64,000 nt of DNA, taken from positions 1-64,000 of the forward strand of contig DF237435.1 of NCBI GenBank assembly GCA_000708835.1, read 5' to 3'. Shown here piece by piece: positions 24,201 through 36,949 of this stretch. Made by a program: the position numbers and the translations under genes. The stretch is from Klebsormidium nitens. Its lineage: Eukaryota; Plantae; Klebsormidiophyceae. Every line of letters starts with the position of its first letter. The first letter of the stretch is position 1. Under the pieces are notes generated by a model, which saw only the letters and a list, made by a program, of their open reading frames with translations, was not told where the DNA came from and did not search any database.

Positions 24201-26506
24201 CCAGTCCAGGTAGCGCACCACAAACGCATGCTCCGTGCTCATGGAGTGCATGCGCGCAAGCCGCTCAACCTCGCGCTCAACCGCCTGGACAACAAGGACC
24301 GGGAAGTCAGATATCGGTCAGAAGGGCAGGAAATCCCCTGCCTGCTTTCCAGGGCATTGAGCTCAGACGCCTGCCTGGGGCAGCCGGCCAAGTGGATAGG
24401 ACCTTCGTGGACCGTTCTAGGTGACACCAGCATTGAACTTCACAGATCCATCTAGTGTTTTCCACCGTTTCGCCAGCTGCGGACCTGACGACACCACCGT
24501 AAGAGTTACCCCTTCAAAAGACATTTGCACTGGTAGCTGACCGCCATTATGTGCCACAATGCTTTGATCATCGGTCGAGAGTGAAACGCGGGGTTCGCTC
24601 TACAACCCCAAACAAATCATGCAATCTCCGTTGGCAGGGCTTGAAAAAGTAGTAGCAGGATGCACGAAAGGATCTTCGGAAAAAGGGGCCCTAGACACTC
24701 ACGTCAAGCCATTCTGCGGGCATCTTCCACCACTTGGTGCGAAGCCGATTCCAGTACTTGTCTGCAGCTCGCACGTCTTTGCCCATCTTGCCGAAGCGCT
24801 CTGTACGACACACGAGCATTCAAACGAGGGACAGAAGGTTACAATAGAGAGATCGAAACAATGAAGGCTGAATGAGGAGCAAAAGCCATTCTATCAGGAA
24901 TGCATCCCCACCGCGGACAATGGATCTCCAGTTGGGCCCAGTGGGCTTTGTGTGAGTTGAGCAGTTACCAAAGACTCTCAACCCGCTTTTGCATGCCAAT
25001 CACTCTCCAAAAGGTATTGTCACATCTTGATCTTGAACATGTGTCCCCATAAGCGGCGATTCGTTCCTATTGCCAAAAGCCCGCAAGCCCTGGTCAAAAA
25101 AGGCGTGCCTCACCCTGCGTCCAGCCATCTGGAAGCTGCGTCACTGAAATGGGCCGCGTCTTTGAGTCCACCTCATCCTCCCGCACTTCCTCTGGCATCA
25201 GAACAAGGGAAAAACGTTACATGAAGTAAGCCCACAGGCTTTAACAATGGCTCCTCTGAAGGGCTTGCTCGACATTCACAGGATCTCGTCTCCAGACAGC
25301 CATGTGAAAAGGATTGCACCGTCCCTCAGATAAGGAGGGACGAAGTAGTAAGTACGGGCCACCCTTGATTGACCTATGGAACAGCCATTGTGGTGTTTCT
25401 TGCCAGTCACATCATAGCTTGATGGTTCGTGCCCCACAGCCAACCTTTTTGTCTTCATCATTCGCACTTGATGCTGCTGCACCTCCTGTGGCCCCTGTCC
25501 CCATCTTACAGTGTTTTGCGACCTCCTTGCAAATAGATCCCCATGTTGTCGAAGTTACTATGCCACACTCTGTTTAGGAGCTCGACACGTCACGCTTTCC
25601 CCAGGACTTGGGGGCAAACTCACCGCGATCGGAGGGGGCCCTGACGACCGTCTTCCTGATGACCACCTTGGGCATGCCGCCGGCCTGCGTGGCTGCGGGC
25701 CCCTGTATGCCGGCCGACAGCGGCTTGAGCACGCCCGCGCGCTCCAGCACCATCAGCGACACCGCCACCGAGATGATCGCAGAGCCCCCCAGCAGGAGCA
25801 CCGACGACGCGCCCTTGGTCAGGACAGTCGCCAGGTACATGAACACGGACTGCCGCGGCGGGGCCTGCGTGCGGTTCAATAGCTCCAGCGTGTCCTCGCT
25901 CAGCTGCACCACCACCGGGACAGGCCCACCAGCACCAGCCGGGATAACAATCTGCGACGGCAGCCGCCGCTCATCGAGGCCTCCTGTTGGAATGCTGGCA
26001 ACATCCCCGCTGTCGCCCCTCGCCTTTGCCCCATCTTCACCAGAGACTTTGACAGGACCATTGGCGGGCTGCGCCTCTTCACCAACTTCTTCGTCCTCCG
26101 GCGTAAAGCCCGCCGGGAGCCAGGCCCTGAGATCGCCATCGAAGAGGGCGGGCAAGAAGGACGATGGCTCGTCAGTGAAGTGCGGATACGGCTCAGACCG
26201 ACCGGCAGTGGCTACAGCACTGCGTCTGGCTGATCGACGGACGGGAAATGTCCTGTTGTTGCCTGTCTTTGATCGCTCTCCAAACAGACTCAAACCAGAC
26301 AAGCTGCTGTTGCACTGCTGAAAAAGCACTACTTTGCTTCCAAAAAATGGTGGCTGACTGCGGCTTGCTCTGTAACTGAACCCTGGAAGGGGAGCCGGGG
26401 GGAGCCCAGAGCGCACACCACTTGGGGCCCTGCAATTTCCAGACGGCGCCCCAATTGGGCAGCAGGTAATGGTCCCCCGAGCCAAAAACTTGGCAGCGGC
26501 CGCCAT
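15278..26506 (-). CDS. LON: Lon (LonA-type) ATP-dependent protease, atypical ~2,526-aa form with a giant insertion
   Basis: Phase-consistent exons 26506-25624, 25191-25114, 24800-24703, 24284-24099, 23713-23565, 23243-22988, 22628-22461, 22169-22068, 21752-17399, 17210-16469, 16113-15862, 15590-15278 (7,581 nt in total, divisible by 3). Motifs [31 protein letters not shown], Walker A GPPGVGKT, pore loop GHNRTYVG, Walker B LIDEVDK, PLLDRME, catalytic PKDGPSAG and GGIKEK. The 5' exons are less certain than the core. Confidence 0.88.
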
Positions 26507-27731
26507 ACCAAACTTTTCAATGCTGCTCAGAAGCTACCGTCAGTGGACGCTTCTGACCATCGCGCCCAAACCGGTTGACTACTTTTCAAAGAAAGAGGTT
26601 CATCAGCCCTTTAAAATTGACAATGCTGATATCAAAGCTCCTTTGGGTGGAAAGGGCTCCTTTTCTCTCCTCAGAAGCGGTCGCGTCAGAGCTTTGTGAG
26701 GAGGAATTGCTTTCACTGTCAAAGTTTCAGCTGAGCCTTCAGGCTTCCGACACAGGAAATAGCTGCTTCAATTGTTCAGACGATCTGATTATACCAGCAA
26801 TCTTGGACCGTCGGATGCCGGAAGCCCATGATCGACGGCCGCAGCGGCGGCACCGGGGCCGCCCCAGATCATATTAGGGCGGCCGCGCGCCGCCGCCCCG
26901 CGGCAAGCCGCTCTGCCGCGGGCCGGGCGCGCAGACAATGACTCATATGGCAGTCCAGCTAGCTTACTGTAGTACGTACCTATATTTCCGATGAGTCCGC
27001 GGCGTCTCCTAGCTGCATATGATCGTACTAAGCCCAGCTGCTCAAGTTATCATGAATCTTAAGCTTTGACTTCAAGTAATCGAGATCGGCTGCAGGACCC
27101 GTGGGGTCATGATGATCGATTCCGGCAATATTATAAGTGAAACTTGAAAGTTACTTGCAGAGTAAGCTTTGCAATTGCGATAGGATGTCCTATCGGATAT
27201 TAGTCCGGGGTCGACGCCCGCCGCATACTAAGGCATGCATGCTGTGTATCATTTTGGCATTCGACACTGGTCGATATAGGCTGGCGCAATACGTGTAAAT
27301 CATTGATTGCGTGTAACTTGCATGACTCAGCATTGGGCAACATGCTAGTGGTTCAAAACGCGGTTTAGTATTCTGGACTCTCCGCTATTATCAAATTTGA
27401 TCGATTTCAAACTTACTAGTTCACATCCACATAAGGATCGAAGCGATGATGTGATACGCAGCCAAAACGAGTCTCAAGCGAGCGAACACTGACAAGGCTA
27501 GCTCGGCAATGGATGATGACAACTGTCTAGAACTTTACACGGCGCCAGAGGCAAACCTGGTCGAGGGGGAGAACCAATCGAGCTGATCAAGAGCCGATCT
27601 TCAACGACGGCGACCATCATGGCATTTCTGCCAAGCCGGCCAAGTACCATATGTGTGTGCATCCCAGATCGCATGTAACGATTTCCAAATAGACCCACCA
27701 CTTACGTCGCACTTATGTACATATTGAACCG

Positions 27732-30700
27732 TCAAGCAAACTTTCCAAACGTCCGCTGTCCATACAGCACTGCCGCTCGTGCCTCTAGCTTCGCCAAGTC
27801 CTCACGCAGCAGCGATGCCCGCTGGCCGTCGCTTTGCCCTGACCCCTGGACTAACTTTTGCAACAACCGGAGCAGCTTATCCACTACCACCCGACAGTCC
27901 ACGAGGAGAGACTCGAGCTCGCTGACTGCGAACAGCCGCAAAAGAGAGGCCAAAACCCTTCTCCCCCTGTTGACGGCGCTCACCTCTTGATCAAGACCGC
28001 TCACTTGCGCCACACCGGACCCATCCAGATTAAACATCAGCTGTTCTAGCACGGGTGCTAGCAACCACGACTGCCTTCGCAGCAGAAACACACACGGCCG
28101 CAACATCGGAGCCAACCACCCGGTGCCTCGAGATGTCGCTGACGTCACCTCTAGCCAGTACCTGGCCACAGCCGACGGCAGCAAGGCCGCCAGTTCGGCC
28201 GGCATGCCGGTCGCTTCCGGCTCCGCTGTTACCCTTTCCTCACTGCACGTGCTCACGGCTCGCAGGACGGCATACACTGCCCAGACGTCCATTCCCCTAC
28301 TTTCAGATTCTTGTTCACCGCTCGCGCTTAATAACAGCTTCGCCAGCAGAGGGCCGACCAGGCTCAGGACCACTGCGCCACCCCCCGCCCGCGCCAACCC
28401 CGCACAGATGCCGTCCAAAAGCGCTTCGGACTCTTTCCCTCCAGGAGCTTCTCTGCTGCCGGACGTTGTCGCTGCGCCCTCCCTGGACTCCGCTTCCTTT
28501 CCGGGGGCTCGACCGGAATCTGAAGCAGCGGGCGCTCCACCTGGGTGCGCCAGGGCCGACCACTTGGCCAGCAGCGTGACGAGGAAGCTCAGGTACGTGG
28601 CGACGGTCAGCGTGTCAGCCGCGGCCGCGCAGTGATGCAGAACCTGCCGCAAGGGGAACGCGGCCGTCAGGCGCGCGATGCAGCCACTTGTTGGCTCAGG
28701 AAACGAGTTGGAGCACTCGCTTATTCATACCGAGCCCGCTTATACCCGTCGACTTGTCAAGACTGTGTGGGTCACGAAACCTTGGGTCACAGAACCCGAT
28801 TCACATGCCCGTGGCTGCATGAAGACCGGAGCTTCACCGTCCAGCCTATTCGCTGAGCTCGAAAGGTGAAGATCGAGCGGGCTAGACGCTCGGGATGAAC
28901 CTTCGCAAGCGAGGCTTTTGCGCAATCCCGTCAAGGTTTGGCACTTCTAAAAGCAACGACGGGACGAAAACCACCTCCTGTGAACTCGCGAGTATGTAAA
29001 CCCGGCTCTTGCCCATGTAAAGCCACTTCGTCGTTGCGCATGTCCAAAATCAGCCTTAAACGTCAAACAATGAGAGAACTTCGTCGATCATTCTCGCCAA
29101 GTATTCCTGCTCTAGGACCAGATGTCTCGGCTGACGAACACCTCACCTGCAACAACCGCAGAACCACTTGCACGCCCACCCCGGGGGCGCCGCAGCAGTG
29201 CGCCAGCGCGCTGATGAGCGCAGGCGCGAGCGCCCCTAGATGCGGCAACAAGTCAACCGCCAGCGCCTGCGTCTTTTCCGGAAGGCTCACAAACGGCCCA
29301 AACTTGCGCGTTTCCCCGCTGCCTTGCTTTTTCGGGGGGACGGTCAAGCAGACGAAGGGTAGCAACGACGGCTGGAGAGCGGCGATGGTGGACGCGAGAG
29401 GGCCCTCGGGAGAAGCCGCCCGGGCAGAGCGCAGCAGGAGGAGTAACACTTGGTGGGAGGCCGGGGGGGAGGCGGAGCGCAGCTCCCACAGGAGGCGGGG
29501 GAGGGAGGAGAGCCACTGCTGAACGCCGGCAGGGGGGACCAGCGAGAACGTGGACTCGTCCTGCAAACGGACGGAGAAGCGAGGATGATAAATTGAGATA
29601 AAACCCACCAGAGAAGAAGCAAGTGGCGACGAAAGGCGATTCTTCACCGGCGTGAAGGGCGACAGACGAACGCGGGGAGTCAGATTGGGCGTTTGTGAGT
29701 GAAGGCCGACTCGGCTCAACAAGGAACGAGGTGGACAAGGAACGAGGCCCGGTGGCAGAAAACTCGAGGCACGTCCTCATCATGTGCTTCTCAACCAACC
29801 TAAGGGCAAAAGTTTTGTTCGTCAGGGCGCACAATCAAGGCTGCTACACACCTCCGAGTGCAATTCCAACCTCGAAACAGGGGTTTGAGACTTTAGAGAT
29901 CACCTGCAGGAGGCCCCCCATGAAGTGGAGCGCCGCCGCCTTGCTCCGCGACTGCGGCCCGCACCCGAGATAGAACCGGGTGAATGCGGCCAGCAGCCCA
30001 CTCCGCTCCTCTTCCCCGACCACCCTCAGCAGCTGCCCCAGGCTCGCCAGCACCACCCCGGTCTGCGCCTCGGTTAACGCCCGCTTCTCTAACCCGTGCG
30101 CTAACCCCTTGCCGCTGCCGGGCAGAACCCGCCCCTCGAGGACTCCCTGCAGGTACTCCACGAGCGCTCCTTCCCAGGGGGGTGCGCCCACCCCCCCGAA
30201 AAAGGGCAGCATCAGCTGGCACACCGCCAGATTCAAGTCTACCAGGTCTTCGATGTCGTGCGCGCTGACTCGGACCCCCGGGGCGGCGACCGGGAACTGC
30301 GCCGCCACCTTGTGGGTCAGCTGGGGGAGGTACTCTTGAGCGATTGACTGCCCGCTTATGGACTCGTGATCCAATAAGAGATGGAGGACGCGGGCGATGC
30401 GGACGAGGCTCTGTGCAGTGGGGGGGTCCGGCTTAACGGCGAGCGCGGCGGGGGTGCACTCGCTCCAGCAGTCGAGCAGGCGAGGGACCAGCCGTGCAGC
30501 CAGGGGGGGAACGGCACCGCGCGCATCACCAGGGCTATCTGCACCGCGCAGAGCAGAAAGAAGATAAGATGCTGAAAGCTTCCCGGAGCTGCGTACGTTG
30601 CTTATCTGTTGACTTCTTCTCTTCGCTCCTATGCATTAGCCTGGCTTTCCGTATCTGTCCAGAGCTGATCAGAGACAGCAACGTTCGAGCAACGTCCGCT

Positions 30701-33164
30701 GATTGATGCAGTGGCGGTGGAGTGAGGCTTTGCCAAGCAGTCCTGGAGTGCATAGCGCCCTTTCGTTGGCCTTTAACGACCGTTGAAGGTCCACAACGGG
30801 CTTGTTGAAGCCCACACAGTCGAGCATAACGGATAATATTACATTCCTTACACAACGCCAGTCTTCTTACCTGCTGCACCTTCTCCATCCCTCGGCCACC
30901 TGCCCCCGTCCTTTGGGCCCACAGCGCTCCTGTTTCCGTGCAGGCTGGACGCCCTCGTCCGACCCCACTGCCACATGTCATCCTTTGTCTGGCTGGCCTT
31001 CTCCTGCGATGCAGCTGCGGGCTGCGAGGCTTGCAGGAAGCTGTGCAGGCTGGACAGGACTTTGAGCAGGGAGGCGGGGGTGCGCCCAAACGGCCCCGTG
31101 ATGGACAGCAGCGTCACGTAGTGGTCCTCAATCTGCACCACCAGGCACAAGCGTCAAGCTCTGTTTTGACTGCAATGGCAAGGTCGTAATATGGCTCACT
31201 CATTCTTTGAAAGCTGGAAACGTCCTGGTGTTCAACGCACCACCTTTTTACCGAGGAGTACGAAAGCCTCGACCCAATGAGAAGGTTTTGATCATGATTG
31301 CATGCACACTCCTAACAGTGCTTGTCATTGAACAAGCGAGACCCTTCCATACATCAGGGACGCCTTGGAAAGACTGACTGCATCAAACCAGCGACCAGAC
31401 TACAATGCGCAAGTCAGACTAACAATCTGAACCCGTTTTCGAAGGTCTAAAATTCTAATCATTGAGCGGACACAAAATTCAATGCACAATTAAGAAGGCG
31501 TCTACGAAGCTCTAGCAAACACGCCAGCTCATTCAAAAGCAAACTTCCTCGATGCAGAGAACTAACACCACATAAGGCCACACAGCGCCCAGCTTAGAGG
31601 CTCACCTGTGCGTGCAGAGGGGAGGCCCGCAGGAGGGCGGGGTACCGGGCTATGAGCAGGTCCAGGAACGCCACAGAGGACAGCCGCACCTCCGCTGTCA
31701 TGTGGGTCAGCCCATTGCAGACATGCACCGCAAGGACAGGGAAGAAGGGAGCGACAACAGCCTGCCCAGAAAGCGGAGAAGGGGGCTTTAGTCTCTTGAA
31801 AGAACTACTGTCACTGTACTGGATCGCTGAAAGTCATTGCTTGCTCCTTGCCACCGAAGAAGCAGGTCAGGTGTCATATCCACATGCTTGGCATCTGAAT
31901 GCATCTTTCCCCCAGGAGCAGTGACGCACAGTGTTTGATTGCAACATTTCCGTCCTACGTTCAGAAGTCTTTCGAAGCCGGTTACGAGTGCCGCACCTCT
32001 GGCAGAGCGGGCAGCACTGTCTTGGACAGCAGCCCAAGGAGAGCTTCTCGGACGGCGCGGTCGCCGTCCGCAATGCGCGGGGCGATCTTCTCAATGATGG
32101 CAGCTGTGTGGAGGGGCAGCAGCGCAGGGTGGGCTTGGAGCAGCTCCTGGAGGCCACCCAGGGAGTCTGCAAATACAAATTACCCGCTGAACCTCTAGAA
32201 ACAGAGGGGATTAGGTGCACAACGGTGGGCTCTTGATCAGAGACAGGCAGTCTATTCCGGAAAGAGAGCGGCCACCTGAAAAGCGGCTCCCTGAAGTCCA
32301 TACAACTCAGCGGGGTGCTGTAAAACTGCACGTAATACCTGCAGTAAACCAATCAGAGACTCTAGGACTGGCTAAGAATGCTGACTGGTGAACTGATGAT
32401 GGGTCCTGAATGTCCAGTAGATTTTTACAATCGGTCGGGCCTCCCTCACTTGAACTTCGTTTGGTTGCAATCTCCGGCTACAGATCCAGTCACTGCTGTG
32501 TCAAGAACACATCGGTGCTCCATCAGTTCAGACGTCAAAGCGCACCTTTTCTGGAGTGGGCATTGTAGTGCGACGCCTGCCCCAGCAGCTCCTGCAGGCT
32601 CAGGTTGCGGGAGGTCACTGCCGTGCCCTTGCTGGCCGTCACACTCTGGTCCGGCAAGTGGAGCGCTGCAATGGAGAAGACATTTACGTCCGATTATCCA
32701 GTCCACCAATGGTCTTTAGCACACCACCACCACCACCATCATCACTGCCAATCATTCCTCGTGTAAGAGATGAGTATATCGTCATATCTCTCCTGTATGA
32801 GCAATGTGGGCTTTGAATTGAATGTCACAAGGTGGTGCAACGTGATGGTGATGCACCGCTCAAAACCATGTGATAATGGTGGTGACAAGCGCCCACGGAT
32901 ACTTTGCTCACCTTTGGCCTTAAAGTCGGTCCTGGTGAAGTTGTCTGCCCTGGGCAGCTTCTTGCCCACTTTTGACTTCACTCGCTGCACAACATTTCCA
33001 TCAATTCAGCCAACGAGACAAGTCAATGCGGTAAGCAAAAGCTGCTCATGCTGAGATGAACTTTTGGGCGGGTAAGAACTGTTTGCGTCAGGTTAGCAGC
33101 TTACCTTGAAGTCAATGCCAGGCCCTTTCTTCTTCTTCAGGCGCGTGGCCTTTTGATTGCCCAT
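27732..33164 (-). CDS. TEX10: TEX10/Ipi1-like pre-rRNA processing protein (Rix1 complex), ARM/HEAT-like
   Basis: Exons ~33164-33105, 32984-32912, 32665-32546, 32166-31997, 31761-31606, 31132-30871, 30538-29904, 29560-29147, 28643-27732. N-terminus GIDFKRVKSKVGKKLPRADNFTRTDFKAK, LSLQELLGQASHYNA, DSLGGLQELL, NGLTHMTAEVRLSSVAFLDLL is typical of Ipi1/TEX10. The C-terminal exons are less certain. Confidence 0.85.
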
Positions 33165-33367
33165 GTTGATGGCCCTCACTCAAAGGTGCTCCTGCCAGAA
33201 CCTAGCCACAGCCTGCCACAGCCTGGTGAGACGAGCTCGGACGCCCACACTGCACAGCAAACGCAATTTGTGTTTCTGAACGAGCTTTCGTGAAAACACT
33301 TCGGATCGACATCGTGCAACTTGAAGAAGCAGAAAGAATTGTGATCTCGTGTACAAAGAGAACACGT

Positions 33368-33389
33368 AAAACCCTAAATTCTTAGGGTT
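33368..33389. promoter_or_regulatory. Inverted pair of telo-boxes upstream of TEX10
   Basis: AAAACCCTAAA (33368-33378) and TTAGGGTT (33382-33389), ~200 bp upstream of the TEX10 ATG. A site-II-like GGCCCA lies at 33516-33521. The telo-box + site II module is established for plant ribosome-biogenesis genes. Confidence 0.55.
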
Positions 33390-33955
33390 ACATAGGGTTG
33401 TCAAGACTTCCGCGAGGCTTCTGCATCCTTTTCGAGCTTGCAATGAAATACAGCACAACGGCTCCAGGAAGCAATTGCAAAGCCAATTATGATTCTGCAA
33501 GGTCGCTCAAGATAAGGCCCAGGGCATTATTACAAGACTTTCCCGGGGTTCAACAAGGTCTTTGCTGAGGCAAAGTTCGGCAGGTTCCCGGTTCTGAACT
33601 TTTCAGTAAGTCCATCCTTTCGCAATGAGTGATTGGACCATTGCAAAGAGAGCCATACTTGAAGTTGTTTGCATCTTGACAAAGTCTGGGAGTCTCTTCT
33701 TGAACACCTGCATTCGGTATGCCCGCATACATCTTTCGCGGCATTATTATTGTCGTTTGCTCACGGCGCTAATGATCTGTACTAGTTAGAAAGATTGCAG
33801 GCTCTGAAACGGAGTGACCAGCTAAGTTCCACAATTTGATAAGTAGCTTCCTCATCCCGACAGTGGCAACATCGTTCAATCAATCCAGTCTGCTCGCAGG
33901 TCACAGTCACCGGCATTGACACAAAAATCAAGGAGCTTTCCTATTGCGTTCCATC

Positions 33956-35638
33956 ATGTTTTCCTGGCTGCCCTGGAGCTCAAAGGTCGCCGACGATGTA
34001 CCGGACAGCCAGCGGCACTCTGCTTTTCTGAAGCGCTTTGAGGACATTCGGGACAAGAGCAATTGGGCGCAGGTAGATCAAGCAGCCCCCATCCTGAGCT
34101 ATCTTTTTCTTCAGAGCAAAGCCTCCCAAGCTCCAGGATTTGCAAGGCCTAAACTGTCATGGTCGCCTCAATATCACCTGAGCTTGTGATTTATTTAGGA
34201 CTTTGAGGCAAAACCCAACGGGAATTGACAATCTTTGGGTGAACCACTCTAAAGCACCACCTTAAGTCAAATTAAGCTTGCTTCTGTTCAGCTCACCCAT
34301 GAGCCTTCGGTTTGGAGATGTCAGCTGAGACGTTCTTAAGACGACACTATCGGCAGGTTGCTTCACAAAATCTAATTCTTGTCGGCCGTGCGTGCCAGGT
34401 TCCAGAAATCTCAGGAGCAGAGCTGAAAGACTTGCCCAGGGACTCCTACATCCTGGTAGATGTCCGATCGGAGGCAGAGCGCAACGTGAGTATGGGATAT
34501 ACGCCGCCGCCCGAGGCACTGTCCTCCGGCTGCAGCCCGTACAGGCATTCTGAGCAACTCAGTTCTGACAGGTTTCCTGATGGAGACTGGAACAATAGTC
34601 ATGCTTCTTCAAGCGAGTTTCGAGAAGTCTCTGTGCCAGGGTGAAAGGGCATGTAGCTTCAATCAATAGCATATCAGGACAGCAAATCTGACTACCGATG
34701 TATCTCCCATCTTTTATTGTCTCTTTCCGACTTTGATCCCCACTCTGACCTGGCTTACAGCGACAAGGGTCTAACGTATCTCATTACTTCATCATGTGCT
34801 GTTCCACCTTATTATTCTTTGTCAGGAGGCCTTCCAATGAGTGCACACTTACTTTCACTGTGCAGGTGTCCATGATCCCGGGCAGTATCACAAAAGAAGA
34901 GTTTGAGAAACGGTTTGACGAGCTCAAGGACCAGGACATCGTGGTTTACTGGTGAGTAAAGACAGAGTCTTCAGGCAAAGGGGTTTCGTCTTACTTTTTT
35001 TCTCCATTCCTTTCCAACCCACTTTGCCCAATTCTGTCCAGAAAAATTGAACTCCTGGCAACGTGTCTCTGTTTCATTCTTGGATAGTTCTTGCCGAGCA
35101 ATCCCGACTTCAAGCCAGAACCACAGAAGTCAACCTACTTGCTTCAATAGTTCAAGTCTGGCTGAGTGAACAACCACTATTTTCTGGAGTGAGTCAACTC
35201 GTCTATGTTGCTTGCCGGATTTGATACGTACTTCCAATTGCAGCTGACCCAAAACGAAGCCGTGAGCAAGAGTGGGGAGTACACTCGATTCACTCAACGT
35301 GGGGAAATCAGCATCGTGTAAAACCACAACCTCATCTGGAACTCTTTGGCCTGTTTCTTGTTTTATCTGGATATCGTTCTTGATTTTTAGCAAAGCTCGA
35401 ATGGTTGTTCTTGTTATGCAGTGCAATCGGCGGTCGCTCGGGGACGTACTGCAAGCAGCTGCTGGCGACGCATCCGGGCCTCAAGGTGCGCAACTACGCG
35501 GGAAGCATCATTGACTGGCTCCACGTGCCAGGCGCTCTCGTGGACCACGAAGGGAAGTCGACCAACAAGATCCATCCCGGGGGCAGCACGTGGAAGCAGT
35601 ACGTGCCAGCAGCCGGGAATTACATCATTGTGACGTGA
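33956..35638 (+). CDS. Single-domain rhodanese-like protein (sulfurtransferase fold)
   Basis: Exons 33956-34072, 34399-34485, 34866-34951, 35422-35638. Motifs ILVDVRSEAERNVSMIPGSI, the active-site loop DIVVYCAIGGRS (Cys codon split by an intron) and VRNYAGSIIDW. Confidence 0.9.
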
Positions 35639-36949
35639 AGAGCGGACTTATGGGAAGGCTGGACATAGTATAGAGGGGGCTGGGGAGCAGGTGCCTAGCA
35701 AATGGCACGTGTCGAGCGCTCGGTGCTTTTGATCGCGTTGTTGACAAGCTTCGTAGATAATCTGATAAATTGCAGCGATATGGATGCGGTCTGGTGGTCA
35801 TATTCAACTTTCTTGTATACAAGAGCAGTCCAGACGCTTTGGTTGTACATACATATACTCGTTGACGAGACATTAGGGTTTCGATAGCACATTCATGCCG
35901 CCAAGCTGCAGGGCTGATAAATGGGATTTAGAAGTTGATAGCAGGGACTACAATTCAAGAAACCATACGAGGTAAAGTGCCCGGAATTAGATAGATAGCC
36001 TGTAGATTGTTTTAAGATCGAATGCATCTTCTACCGTTCCTTATGTGATCAAGATAGAGACCAGGCTGGCAAGCTTTTGAAAAGGAATATCGACTCAACT
36101 AGCTATGAAAAAGACATAAACGTGGCTTGTTAGTAGCGCACTTGGATCTGATCTTGTGCTCATGATCGATGGATGTTAGACATACGTTTGATATACTGAT
36201 TCGCGAATAATCGATTGTGTACACTTCATGGCTACGCTCATGCACTGAACTTAATTGCAGCCGCCCGTCACATACATGTACAAATTCAAGGCACGCGTGC
36301 AATGATGTCACTATACGCTTCACATACGTGCATGACGTGAAGTCTTGCATGCTGAGGTGACCAATCAATTCGAATATGCTAGCTATATTTGCGCGCCGGC
36401 AAGCATCAACCATCTAGGCTTAGCCTGTAAAGTTACTTAATCTGATCTGTTCTGATTTCGAAAGCCGTGCAGCCAAATGGGCCATAGGCTTCCATATATG
36501 CACCTGCATACATTGTAATCATGTAAGTTCGACTTTTGAACGCCTAGCTACCCTACCGAATCTTGGTGTGCTACATAATCCAAACCTAGTATGTCAGCTT
36601 CTGCAGTTGTTGGTATATCAAGCTGTAGATTGCAGTCGATTTGAGGGTTTATCGATCAATGATACAGCAGGCTATGCCAGCCCGTTGATGATTACTGTAT
36701 CAAAAGCAACCACATGTGACAACTTCCCTTAGTCCTTGTGAATTGTACTTGTTCGATCAAGTTTCAAACGAGTAAGGACGGACGGCTACTTGCTCCGGCA
36801 CCAGCCGCCTGATCGACTCTCTTATCCTGCTTCCATTAGGGTTCATTTGCGGGCTCCTTTTGACGACCTTTTGGTACAGAACTTTACATATGTTACACGC
36901 AGGAAGCTTGACCTTTCCGACTGAAAGCAGTTGCAGCATACGATCGCAA

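Noticed and set aside
25440-25569. Extra Lon exon [15 protein letters not shown]
   Set aside because: It needs a 54-nt intron and ends in phase 0, which does not match the next phase-1 acceptor. The model is consistent without it.
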